The translations under genes were made by a program, and so were the position numbers. This document shows, one piece after another, positions 51,080 through 64,000 of a stretch of DNA of 64,000 nucleotides (positions are counted from its first letter, which is position 1; every line of letters starts with the position of its first letter). Origin of the DNA: Octopus sinensis (Eukaryota); the NCBI RefSeq assembly GCF_006345805.1, contig NC_042998.1, forward strand, positions 127,224,001 to 127,288,000, read 5' to 3'. The notes beneath the pieces are model-generated. The model was not told the DNA's origin. It was given only the letters and a program-made list of their open reading frames with translations, and searched no databases.

Positions 51080-51397
51080 TTTGTAAAACAACAAAGAGGT
51101 GAGTAGATATGCCAGTATCAATTGGTTTCGTTTTCTGTGCCGAATTGACACTTAAAGCTCATTACCTAAGCTTACTACGGAAACTATTTTTGAAAATATA
51201 TTTACCATTCAGTGCGCGTCTCTTCAGTTGAAGGCCGCGCGACTTACACACCAACAGACGCGCACGAAATGGTAAATATACTTTTAAAAGATAGTTTACG
51301 TAGTAAACCTAGCTAATGAGTTTAACTGTGAATTCGACAAAGAAAGCGAAATCATTTGATGCTGGGATGTCTAACTTCCCCTTTGTAGATTTACATT
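51080..51397. repeat. ~320 bp imperfect palindrome (MITE-like hairpin)
   Basis: TATATTTACCATTCAGTGCGCGTCT vs AGACGCGCACGAAATGGTAAATATA; arms extend ~140 bp. Confidence 0.8.
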
Positions 51398-54059
51398 TAG
51401 CGAATCGCTAAATGGCGAGCGGGTCTGAAAAGACCCGAACAATCGAGACAACGAAAATTATCGAAACTGACGTCAGTATTAAGAATTCACGATCGGCACT
51501 TTTCGGGCGATTATGGTCCCTGTTAGTGTATATATATATTTATTCATGGGCGTTAACTACAGCATTAGAGCGGTTTAGCTCTTATTTCTAGCAATGTAAG
51601 TTTTTCTTAGCACTCTATTCATATTTAGTGACAATTATAATTTTCCTTTTTGGTGAAACATTTATATACACACATATGTATGAATGTATACGTGTATGCA
51701 TATATGTACGTATATGTGTGCACACGCGTGTAAGTGTGTGTGTGCTCGCGCACAAACATGTGTCTAGACATGAAAGTTGTCTGTAAACGGATTGGAACTG
51801 AAATTATAGTTTTCACTGCTCCCCTAATAGTATCATTGTGAAGAATTAAATTCACTGGCATTCGCCGAAAATCACAATCACGTTAAACTCTGTACGTTTG
51901 CCAGAAACTGTTCAGTGCTCACCATTTTGTATGAAAAAAATATCAATTATATATGACAGAATATTGCTCTGACATCTGGGAGGGTTCTGCTGTTGTACAC
52001 ACCGACGAACCTAATCTCAATCAGAAAACGTTATTTGTTGTTAAGTCACTCGCAGACACACTCTAATATTTGGTCCACAAGCGCGCTACATTTTCTCTCT
52101 GATTTTACTATCGCTACTGGACTGGACTTGTGATAACTCTACTCAGGCATTACTCACCCACTTTTCTTTCCTCATTTCATTCTCCTTGAATGTATTTAAC
52201 CCTTTAAGCTCCACACTAATCAATATACCGAGTCCTTTTTCATTCTCAGAATGCCGACCTTCTGGAATTCCCAACCGCTTGTGTTCACTTCCAAACATTC
52301 AAGGCATGAATCATACTGGCGGAAGAGGATCCAGAAAGTTGATAACAACCTTTCCTTTTTCCAGACTAAGCAAGTAAAGAAGAAAAAGACATTTACAGTA
52401 AATATATTTATATAATTAGAGTTATTCAACTAAAACAAAAACGGTCTAAGAAATATCCTCAGAATGAAATTTCTGCTTCACTTCCTCAGTAAGACATTTG
52501 CTGATAAGTTTCAAATCTATAAACCACTTAAATAACCATATTTCCATCGTCATTCCACTGGTAGTTACTAATTTTAGTTTGACAAATTCAGCTGTTCATT
52601 ATTAAGTTTATTAACCTTATACAAATCTCACCTTCGAGAACCTTTGGCTTTACAATATCCTTATATATTCTGCCATGTTCGGCTCTCATTCGCTACTGTA
52701 GTTCTATAAAAAGTTTGCTTATTTCTAAAGCGTAAAATAAAGTAAGTTCAGTAAGTCCTGAGGAGCAATTCAGTAATCTATTAATCTTTTCATATTGAAG
52801 AGTTAGACGTGTGTATCTTGTCACTGGCGTTGATTCGTTAAGTAAATAATATACTATTAATATACTTCTATATGCAGTAGTAAAGACGATAAGGAGAGAA
52901 AATGAGTCGAATGCAAAGCTCAAAACTAAATATTAAATTCTCTTACGCAGACGAAACGTCACAACCTTATTAATGATGGAAATGAGATTACGTTCCGTAC
53001 ATACATTTTTCAATAGGTAACAAACTGATAATTGACCTGTGGTTTGATACGATTACAGGCGACGCGATCGAATTTGTTTACAGGAGAATATGCGAATTAC
53101 ATACAGATTACTTCCTTCCTTGTAAAGAACAGCACAGTACAATATAAGAAACTAATAATCTCTTCTTCAAATCAATATTCTGCTTTCACTCTTTCACTCT
53201 TTTACCGCCTCTTTCTCTCTCGCTTGATCGTTTGCTTCTATTATCCGTTTTTGTTTCGTTTGTTTGTTTCTCTCTATTCCCCCTCTCATTTATTCCACTG
53301 TCTTGCCTTTTCTGCCTCGCTTTCCCTGTTTGTTTTGCATCATGCCATATATCTTTTTTTTACTTTCTTGAAAAATGGAATAGTTAAATTGCCATTGCAA
53401 TAAATATGGACGCCTGAATGAAGTAAAACTCTCTTCAGACATTTTATATCGTTGATCAATACGGAAATAAAAAGCTTTAGATGAGAACACCCAGTAGCAA
53501 ATCTCTGCTATTGCTCAATTTAACTGTTTCACATCTTCAAACCAGACACCATATAATGTTTCAAAAATAGCTCGCTATTTTATATTTCGATTTATCACAA
53601 GCATTGAAGTAATTCAAATCCTATCTATTTATATCTTGAACAACACCATGACAACTTGTCATTAAGTTAGACAGGTATACTTTCCCTTCACGAAATATCT
53701 CAACAGATCAACCGGTCATATATTTAAAAGTAATATATTTTTATAATCCTGATTACGGTACACTAAGGAGATGTTCGTTACGTTTTCAGTATAATATAAA
53801 GAAAATAAAATGAGGATTCATGTACATTCATGCGCTTATTTTATTTTGTTTTACATTAGTTAGTATATCATTGTTGTTAGTCCATGCGATATCTAAAACG
53901 TAAATTCTTCATGAGATTTTGTAGATATGCCTGTTTGTAAATGTCTTCAGGCTTTGTTGAAACTGTCTCATTTCATTTTATGCATCGGCAGTAAGTACAC
54001 AGAATTTCGTTTCACCATTCCTGAAATTTAAAAAAATATATCCAATCACCCAGTGTCAC

Positions 54060-57000
54060 CCGAACCATTTTTTAAAAATTAGTTTGAAGTTAGGTGGTGT
54101 TTCTCTAGCCATCGTAATGTTTCTGTGACCGGTGCGATGGACGCGGTTAACGGCTGGACAGGGTCGAATAGAAGCATGTACCAAGAGAGATTTCCAGAAG
54201 GCAGACATTGGGCAGAAAGGGCTCGACGTAGTGATTAGTATACGATCTGAAGAGAACATAATCACATTGGAGGTACGTGAAGGAGGCGTGTTTGAAGCGT
54301 ATAAGAGGAGGTGACCTAAGATAATCCAGTTTGGTGGAGTTTAAGAAACCGCGGTAACAGTTGGAAAGCAGAGAAATGGAAGAATATGGGAAACCGGGTC
54401 TAGTTGTCACACGGATAAGTTGTTACAAGCACATTGTTTCCAACTTCAAGAAGTAAGTAGCACTCGGGTCTCTACCTCGTGAAGGCCAACTCCATAGCAT
54501 CATGACTGCACATGTGTATTGCACTGGCGGGCAGTCAGCTGGAAGGTTATGGCTAAAAAAACGATTTGTTACTCCAAAAGTGAAATTTTGCCTCAGAGTT
54601 ATTTCCTTAACTACTAAAGCACAAGTGGTGTTACTGAAGTAGTTTGTGGCTCTTTAGGAAATGTTGGAAGTTGCCTTCCATACATGAAGGTGTGTCCTGG
54701 ATACCATGCACTGCTAGTGCTGTGTACAAGGTAATCTCCAGAAATCCATGGTCGGGGCCAATTGTTACAGTGTATCAACTTAGCCCAGGCAACCTACACC
54801 ATGCTCAGGTTTTCCTGCTGGTGTTGATACAAGCCCAGAGATGTTGCGCCCATTAAGAACGGCTTTCTCCAGGAAGACAGGTCGAGGTCGTGGAAGTCAC
54901 AGGAGGTGCCAAACAGCCATTCTAACAAAAACCACCGTAAAACAGCGCATAGTGGATGAAATAAACGAACGGAAAACCAAACCAAAGAAGGCAATTGGTA
55001 TAGAAAAGGCAACAAAGGGGAAGGGAAAGTCAAATAAAACAGGTTAAGGCAAAAGGAAGCAGCCTCGCAGCAAGCAAGTCACCGATTGGAAATGCCTTGT
55101 TTGCTCAGATTGGTATTCCAACTCCCTTCCAGGTGAAGAACGGGTGCAATGCACGATCTGTAAAGGCTGGGCACACACTGACTGTTCCGATGGACGACAG
55201 GACTTTCTGTGTGATCTGTGTGGTAAGAAGTTAATGGAGGACGATTCCGACTAGATGGCATGTAACAATGGGAAATTGGCTGATGAGGACTCTCAGTATC
55301 ACAGTTAGGATATGAAGTGTTTCAAAGCACAGTTAATTAATTAAAATAATACTTCCTAGATGCAAGAAGCAGGAGACGTATTCATTTAAAACTTGTTTGT
55401 TAACATAATTCCGAGTTATCGACAGTGGTAACAAAGTACCCCAGTAAGTGTCACAACGTACCCCGCACTAGGGGAAAATTGTTACAGCTGACACTACCTC
55501 ATTAATTAGAACCTGTCTAATTAATGTTATGTAATTTCTGTTTTTTGCTGATGATAATAAATAAAAATGTTTTACTAATTAAATCTGAAAAGAAACTTCA
55601 GCTGCGTTCAATTATGTGGGTGCCAAGGCAAAAATATGAAAAAATGTAACAACCAGACCCGGTCTCCCCCACATATGACGACCAAATATTGAAGTGTCTT
55701 GGTCAGCAACGATATGTCAACCAACTGAGTCTTCTTCCTTTCACTGTAGCATGGAATGTATCTGTAACTCCTCATCTAAATTTAAAAATATAGCCTATTA
55801 TGATTTTCACCTGAGCTATGTAATGGAGTTTGCAATTGTCGAGAGTTAAAGTGTTTTCTAGCTTTGAAAAGGAAAGCTAATTTTAGTGCTGTTGTCTTTC
55901 CTTTATTGTGGACGTATTGGTTTGGATATAACGTTTGTAACAGTTGATAATGTAGCATTTGTAACGCCCTTGAAGGCTGAAGTTGTATGTGTTCATCATG
56001 AAGAAGTTGGAAGATAATTATCTCTTGAAATATGTAGCTATTTTGGTGATAGGAGATTTAGGAGATGTCTATTCATGGAATTGGTGCAGGTTTGTGGGAG
56101 ATACATACGTCAGATTATAAATTTAAATGGAAGATTAGAGACTAATGATACTATCTGCAGAGAGGTGCACGTTGTTAGAGATGACGTCAAGTTAACCATT
56201 GATGTATAAATTGAAACATTCGAGAGACAAACGTGACGCCTGTGGCATATCAGAACAACAGAATATATATGAAAGAGGTTTTCCGCAGCACACATCGCGA
56301 CAGTGCAATTTGAGATGACACTACCCATCTAATATTTCACATATGGATGGCGACCACAAGTAAGACGTTTTGCCACAAGATTTACATATTAGACACAGTA
56401 AATATATTTGCTGATATCGAGCACAACAAGGTTTGCACCAAATTTTGTGATGGCCGCAGCACATTGGCAAAGTTCAGTGGAAAAAGACTTGGCTTTTTTA
56501 CTGCTATGACTTTAGAACGCTGGAGAAATTTTCTTCGAATGACTATCTTAATCAGTTTTGAGATATTAAAAATGTGAACACAATAGGACGGTTTTCACTG
56601 GACAAAGTTGTTAAAACTGTATCCATGCTTTCATGAATCGGGAATAACACTTTAGAGTGAAAAGAGAATGAAAAAAAAAATAAAGAGGAAAGATTGAAGA
56701 GTTCAGTAACACTAGGAGCTGGGTCTTGGTTACACACTAGCAGGGCGGCTTCTTTGAATCGGCTGGTTATGTCTTTGCAATTGTCGCATGTGTGACTGGT
56801 GGGTTGTCACGTGGAAACGAAAAAATGTAGTTATGAATATTTACCTTGTATGATCAATGGAGCCCTGTGTACAAAGCGGGCAGCAGCAAAAATGAAGGTT
56901 TTTATCTGCAAGTATACTGCTTTTAGAATCAACATAGCTGAGAAAAGATGGATATCGTAAAGTTAGTAGGGATTCTTTTGGCAAGGAACTCAAATATTAT

Positions 57001-57200
57001 ACTACCTTTTGAATGCGGAGAAAGAATGCTATTTCTATGGTGTTTGGTTTTGTGGTGCATAGCATTTCCCTCCCAACTACCGCACTTCATAACTGTGATC
57101 CCATTAATTATTATATCCCTTGTCATGTTCTATTTGTTAAAATGGAAAATAATTTTATTTCCTCGTCGTAATTTTACACCTATGTTCCTGTTTTTAGATG
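54060..57200 (-). mobile_element. Ancient CR1/L2-like LINE RT relic interrupted by a DNA transposon
   Basis: APSVTELFNLS..FPIHESMD..ENRPIVFT and VVLDISK; C-terminal-like SISLLSNCYRG..YTNHY. Confidence 0.5.
54387..55671 (+). mobile_element. Internally deleted pogo-like DNA transposon retaining a C-terminal PHD finger
   Basis: TIRs GGGAAACCGGGTCTAGTTGTCACA / TGTAACAACCAGACCCGGTCTCCCC; SPEMLRP..TAILTKTTVK; CLVC..VQCTICKGWAHTDC..FLCDLC at 55094-55221. Confidence 0.8.
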
Positions 57201-58379
57201 CGATAGAGAAGCCAAACTGTCATATTCAACTGCCGTTGTAGGGAGAGCAGCGAAATCTCCTCTATTCACTGCTAAGCATCTTTAAGCGTGAATGGATGCA
57301 CTGGATATTTAGTCCTTGATATACATATATATATAATAATCGAATGCTTTCTAAATGAAAGATGTGTTTGGTCAGTACTGGCGTTTTGTTCAACACCACC
57401 AACAGCAACGGTAACATCAACTAGATATACTGAGAACTTTGACTTCATTCGTTTAACTAGATTCCACATATTACAACATTATATCCATCTTCTTAGGCAT
57501 AAATGTAGCAATTGTTCATCACACATCTAGAATATGCTCTAGTTGCATAGCAACTAAGAATTCACCTGCCTCCCTGCGTGTTTCCAATATTATATTTTGT
57601 AATTCTTCCTCTGAAAACTTGTCGCATTTACTCTAAGGTTTTCCTCCTTTATTTTGTCTTTGCTTTTATATATTTTGATATTACCTTCTCCTTTTGAGAA
57701 ATTAGACACGCATAAAGTTAGTGTATGATTAGCTTTGTGAAAATGTTCTCGGCAAAGGTTGTTGATGAGGTACACAATATGAGTTAATCTTTTCAAGGAG
57801 AAATTATAACTTTTACATTACAGGAAAACAATATAAGAAGATTTTTCATGGAGTTAAAATATTTAATCTCACCAATTGCATATTTCTGTTATTCAACATT
57901 TGAAATCGGTTTAAAATAGCGAGTCTGTACTACTACTTTATGCTAATGGTAAATTTAGCATTATAAAAATTAATCATGGGAATGTGTGACAAATATTTCA
58001 AGTAAGCTGCCACCTATGTTTGCGGCTGACTTGTTTATGTTTATTTATTTCATGTTTATGTATATGAAGAGAAAAATAACTAAGTATATATTATATTTAT
58101 TGTGGAAGATTAAAAATGAATGTCAAAGGTTTAAACACAGTGAAGTATACTTGGAGTATTTTTCTACTTTGTATTCCTTTTATTCTTTTACTTACTTCAA
58201 TTATTTGACTACGATGCTGTGATGGGGCTCTGGCATGAAAGATTTAAGCGAACAAATCCACCCTAATACTTATTCTGTTTAACTCTGGTATTTATTGAAG
58301 CGAGTTATTTTGCCGAACCACTAGATCCTGCGGATGTAATTAAATAGCATAGTGGAAATGCGACATCTATAACGATTAA

Positions 58380-58850
58380 GTCGATTTTATAAAGGAGAGC
58401 AGTGTCATCAGTTAAACTCCATATGTGTTAGGACAAAGCGCCTGTAGGGCGATATTTCTGAAGAATTTTCTAATAGGTAATGTGTTACATAATGGATCTG
58501 ACGTACTCCAAATGATGATCCCATATCGAAAAATAGATTTAGTTTTGATGAAAAACTAAATCTCCCTTTACAATAGCGATCTTCTCTACTTTAGGGTATA
58601 TTTCATACAAGATACTGAAGAAATGGAAATATGACATCTTTTTATGCGAATAGATGAATATGTCGCGTATTCGTCGTGTGACTAATTACTAAACTTAAAA
58701 GATTCTTACTATTCCAATCTTGATTACAAATTATATTCCGAAGTGTTTGCTAAAACATTTGCTTAATGTTGACGACGGCGGAATTTACAAACATTCGAAA
58801 GAACGTGCAGTATGTTATTTCTGGAACAGCGGATTGCGAAGCCCAAATTA
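58380..58850 (+). mobile_element. Very degenerate L1/Tx1-type RT fragment
   Basis: DKAP..ISEEF and SNLDYKLYSEVFAK resemble KAPGxD and LNxDYKIxxKxLA. Confidence 0.4.
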
Positions 58851-59689
58851 AAATATAAATAATAGCATGTAAATATTTTTATGTTTATATGAGTTTCGAT
58901 CCTCTTCGCTAAAAACAACCATTTCACGCTCTCTCGTGATAAATTCTAATGACGTAAGAAATATACAATTCTCGGTGATTTGAATGAAGTTTCTAAAATG
59001 GGCAAAGAAATTCGAAGGATTGCTTCGGTGCAATAGTAAAACTTTTGCTTACATTGTCATGTTTTTCGTTTTCAGTCATTTGAATACTCGGTAACGTGAA
59101 AGAAAATCAAAGTCCCAATTCAAGAACTTTCAGCTTTTAATAATACATATAAGTAAACACATATACACGTATATTTATAGTCACAAACATACATATTCAG
59201 ATATTGAGACATTAATTATACTGACATCAATTTAGTTATGATCAAGATTATTTATCAAGAACCATAAATATTGCTGTATTTCTGTCTGTCCGAGAAGTAG
59301 CACAAGATAACATAAAAATGAATTACTCGTATGCAACTTTCATCAAGAACAGAGTTGGATTCATGTACATTAACATTGTTGTTGAGATGTCTGATAATAA
59401 CGTTGGTTTACCTTATATAAGATAATTGAAAGTTCTATATTATTTATTTTCTAGTTTATGTATTTTTATGTCTTATACTCTATTTTCTATCAGTCAACTT
59501 TCTGGCCACATCAATAGGTCCAATAACATTATACAGTATTCTATATATTATTTGAATTTTAAAACCAGAACTTTTCACTAATATTTCTCCATTACCCAGC
59601 TTTACCCACAAATATAAAGTTAAAGGATATATTGGAATAAAATCAACTTCAAAACATCAAAAACAACATCAAAACAAGAACAATAACAA

Positions 59690-59730
<41 letters not shown>

Positions 59731-59744
59731 ACAACAATTAACCT

Positions 59745-60147
59745 TTCTTGAAATTTAAGGGTGGATGCTCAAATGGTACTCATTCTATCAACCTCGAAAG
59801 GATGAAAAGGAACTTCGACCTCGGCGGAATATGAACTTAGAACGTGAAGACGAACGAAATGCTGCGAAGAAATTTATCCGGCTTGCAAACAGTTCTACTA
59901 CGTCGTCGCCATGCGGAACAAAATAACAATAATGAGTTCAGCATTTGGCACAAGGGGAGCACATCTAGGGAAGGGATTAATCGATTACATCGACCCCAGT
60001 GCTCAGCTGGTACTCATTCTATTGACCCCGAAATGATGAAAGGCAAAGTCGACTTCGGCGGAATTTGAACTCAAAAGTTGAAAATTGAGGAAATGCCACC
60101 AAGCATTTTACCCCGCTTGCTAACGATTCTGGTACCTTGCCACCTTC
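59745..60147 (-). mobile_element. Two tandem tRNA-derived SINEs (59745-59912 and 59935-60147)
   Basis: Both match the family body (GGATGAAAGG..CGACCTCGGCGGAAT..GAACTCAGAAC). Confidence 0.85.
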
Positions 60148-60177
60148 ATAATAATAATAATAGTAATAATAATAATC

Positions 60178-60241
<64 letters not shown>

Positions 60242-60243
<2 letters not shown>

Positions 60244-60935
60244 TCTTTTATTGGCCACAAGTGCTGACAAAAATTAATTATAACATAAAGGGACAAAACA
60301 TAGGACGAAAGTTGCAAAGGGTTTTGTCCGTTTGTAAAAAACCATGTAAGAACAGTGTAACAACGAAAAATTATAACAACGAAAAACTCCCAATAGGGGG
60401 AGGCATTACGAAAGGTTCCTGGTGGAAAAACTCATAAAAGCCACGGGAGCCTGGACAAAAGGGAGGTAGAGAGCCCCTTTCTCCTTTTGTAATACTTTTT
60501 TTCTTACAGGTGTATCCTCAGAATGGCTCCTTTCATACTAGCCATTCTTGCAACATTTATCCACCTTTCAGTAAACTTGCCATCGGCCAGCACTTCCCTC
60601 TCTACTCTCATCTTCCTTTTCAAGTGAAACTTGAAAAAGTTGACGAGGCCTGGGCGAAAGAGGGAAGTGTCTGACCTTAGCTCTTTCAAACGGGTCCACC
60701 ATACCACCTCTTTCGCTACAGCCACTAGGCAAAGGAAAACTGCCTTGACCTCCCGGTTAAAGGAGGTCGGTGGGGCAATCTTCATTATGGATTCAGCTGA
60801 TAGCCGGATCCGACCTATACGCGACAGTAGCTGTTTGACATAAACCCATAGTTCAGCAATACTCGGACACTGGACGAGAGCGTGCAGGACGGTTTCGTCG
60901 TCTTGGCAGCACCTCGGCAGGCCCGGCTGACGGCA
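60242..60935 (-). mobile_element. Tx1-clade LINE 3' fragment (ORF2 C-terminus and 3' UTR) ending in (TTA)n
   Basis: PRCCQDDETVLHALVQCP..LSAESI..AKEVVWWTRLK..FFKFHLKRKMRVER, homologous to 44726-45150. Confidence 0.9.
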
Positions 60936-60949
60936 ATAATAATCACATC

Positions 60950-61500
60950 TCACTCCTCTGGAATTTCATTCAAACTGACAGAAAGATAGATGCAAAAAAG
61001 CCAGACATCATATTGAAAGACCTCAGACAAAAATCATGCCTCCTCATTGATATGACTGTCAAAATCGATATAAACGTATCTGTCAAGACCTACCAAAAAC
61101 TGAGCAAATATAAAGATCTTGAAATAGAAATTAGCACAATGTGTAACCTGAAGACTAAAACAATACCTGTTGTCATAGGTGCCCTGGGAATGATAGCAAA
61201 AGGGGCTGATTGCTAACTATCTCTGATACCAGGAAACCCCAAAATTGCAAAAATTCAAAAGATAGTACTCATGGGAACTGCCCATATCCTACGCAAAATG
61301 CTTTTTATGTAATCTTAAGTTTTAAAACAGACATAATTTTGTTATGGTTTCTTAAACATTATCTAGAAGAACACTATGTACAAAACCAAATATATGACAC
61401 CCTAAGCATAACACCAACATGAACATCCAACTTGTTTCTTGAGGTCTCTGGGTGAGACTTGGAGCCAACTTGTAAAATGTAAAGCAAAGGTCAAACATAA
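60950..61500 (+). mobile_element. R4/Dong-type LINE 3' fragment (REL endonuclease) ending in (TAA)n
   Basis: KPDIILKD..CLLIDMTV..KLSKYKDLEIEI..IPVVIGALG. Confidence 0.85.
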
Positions 61501-61510
61501 AATGATAATG

Positions 61511-61546
<36 letters not shown>

Positions 61547-62469
61547 TAATAATAATAATATAATAATAATAATAATGATAATAATAGTAATAACAATAAA
61601 AATAATGCCCTCTCCCCTGCAAGGTCACGGGTTGTTTATCTTGATATGGGATCACCATGTGGCGCACATATGGTTGCGATTCATGTACCTAGTGTACCCT
61701 TATCAGACTGGTAGTCATGATGGGTATACTGCGCTTCGTATACTCTACCCCAGTGTCACTTTGATAGCATGCACTCTCTCACTCAATAATAATAAAATTT
61801 ATTTCTATTTTCTGAATGAAACGATGTATTTTAACTGTGTGTCATCTCCGTCACTCGCACAACACGCTAACCACACTGCCAAACCGCTGGATTACACCCA
61901 AGTAAGTAATACTCATTAAAAGTATTGGCCTATATCCGAGTAAGTACATATTGGACTATATTCGATTAAGTACACATCACAAACACGTGAGTACGTAAAC
62001 TAATTAATTATGTGCACACCCATTTTTACATGAACACATTTTAATATTTCAAAATGACATTAAGTAATGTATAAACAGGCGCGCGCATACACACATAAGG
62101 GAATCGAATAAAAACAACCGACAAAGGCTAGCCATCATTGATCACAAAAGCATTAAATACATGCATATATATATACATATACCCTCCTCCCCCGGCATTA
62201 AACAGATACATACCCCCATGGAAAAGATAGGTGTGAATATTAGATTTTTGTTTGTTTCTTTGTCTCGTTTGACTACATTTATTTGTTTATAATTATAGAA
62301 GCGGTACTCTATCAAATTGTCTACGCTAATAGATAAGACCCGGAGCCTAGTACTAACACGAAACTGTTAATGACAGCCAAAACTCATAACGGATCAAAGG
62401 AAATATTAACAATGACAAATAGAAAGAAATGAAAATAAAAACATCAGTGATGATAATAATAATAATAAT

Positions 62470-64000
62470 GAACGGAAGCGGCTGGAATCACTCCATGTTC
62501 TGATCGATGATACATCTCGTGATGGTGTCACAATAAAAACACTGGTAACTACGCAACCTGACAATCGCTACCTCATATGAATGAAAATGAAAAAAACAAA
62601 ATATTGTGAATAACGGTGGTAAGGAAACTGAAACCCTTGGTGGTGACCGTGTTGCACCCGGCAGGCTCAGAGATACTGTTTCGGGTTCAGACTGTCGTTA
62701 TCCAGTAATGGACCAGCACACACGGCCTAGATGGAATAAACAATTCAATGCTGTGGTCATGGACAGAAACAGGAATGTTTCAACTCACTGAACAGAGATA
62801 ATGTGATCAAGCTAGAACAATAAGAAAAAAATTGTTTGTTCAGAGAAGTAGAGCTCGAAGCTATCAAAAGACGGGAACTGGAAAACAGCAGCAGAAGAAA
62901 CGATGAAAATACAGTTCTTACTGATAAAAGTAATCTCATAGCAAAAAACCCCCCAGAGGTGAGACCTCTAATAAACTACAGTGATAGCTTGCTCGATGAG
63001 ATGGTCTGGCAAAGACAATAAAACTAATGATGACATGACAGATGGGCAAAAGGCCATCTACTACAGAATAAAGGCTACAGAGAACGATAGCGACATTCTT
63101 TGCTACCTTAAAAAAGGTTGATCGGTGGAAATTGGACCAAGAAACGAAAAATGTGAATGAAATTCTGAAATACATCAGAACAAAAAAACATCACAGAAAC
63201 AAATAATTTGATCAGGGCATCAAGTATTGTTGTAGAAGAAAAGGTAGGTGTTGATGTCAAGAAAAAAATATAATGGGAGTGACAAAAGAAAAGTTCCATG
63301 GTGGAAAAGAAGAACAAAAGCGGGGCCAGATATGTTTTCGAAGGAGATTTTTGTGTTAGCCCGAAAAGAGAAGGGGGAACTTAAAAGCGAACAACAATAC
63401 AGGGCACTGAATAGGAAGTATGATATTGAAAGAAAGAGCATGAATGTGGTAATGGAGGAACTGAAACGGCGCCTCGTTGCAAGAAAAGCAAATATGGTAA
63501 TATACGACCAAAGAATGAAAGGATACCAAGAGAATAGAGTATTCAAAATAGGCCAGACGAGATTCAATAAAGAAAAAAATGGTGAGTGTAACGATGAAAA
63601 GTCCATACCAGATAACATTGAAAGTCAAAAGTTTTTGAGTGAGAGCTGGAGCAAAAACAAGGAGCGCAAGAAGAATACTGAATGGCTGCAAGAACTGAAA
63701 CAAACTGTAGGCTGTCCACAACAGGCTGAATTAATCATTTCAGTTGGGGAAGTGAAAGAAATCAGCAAAAAAATGGGGACCGGGACCAGATAGAAGTAAA
63801 AAAAATTTGGTGAATGTCATTGTGAATACCTCCACACCTTGCTAAATGCCGACCACGTACCACCAGTGGAGCTGAGAGTGGGTAGGACAGTGCTGTCCTT
63901 AAAAAAATTCGAAAAAGCAATACTGTAGACAATTACAGGCCGATATCCTGCTTGCCACTTATGTGGAAATTATTGTCTGGAATAATCGTAGAGTCAATGT
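62470..64000 (+). mobile_element. R4/Dong-type LINE 5' part, running off the window end
   Basis: Starts after (TAA)n; VPWWKRR, YQENRVFK and [19 protein letters not shown] (RT start) near 63930; stops and frameshifts present. Confidence 0.8.

Overview
AT-rich, microsatellite-dense eukaryotic DNA that is almost entirely transposon-derived. The SINE families and repeat landscape point to a cephalopod, most likely Octopus (inference). No host protein-coding gene, rRNA, true tRNA or CRISPR array can be supported. Main contents: (1) a full-length ~5.9 kb Tx1/L1-clade LINE (44435-50312, minus) sitting in a (GATA)n site and bracketed by two near-identical ~245 bp units; (2) many Penelope-like element (PLE) pieces, including a Neptune-type RT-thumb/GIY-YIG fragment inside a 3.2 kb inverted duplication; (3) R4/Dong-type REL LINE fragments next to (TAA)n tracts; (4) a decayed Helitron; (5) Tc1 (DD36E spacing), DD41D and pogo-PHD DNA transposon relics; (6) many tRNA-derived SINEs. 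The most notable signal is about a dozen minimal type I hammerhead-ribozyme (HHR) motifs from at least five unrelated families, some with a recurrent U3-A8 core covariation or an A6U variant. One lies in a tRNA-headed SINE-like element with an HHR tail, inserted as a head-to-head inversion inside one 13 bp TSD: a candidate Penelope-mobilised, ribozyme-bearing SINE. All coordinates, alignments and identities were read by eye; ends of degenerate elements are approximate.
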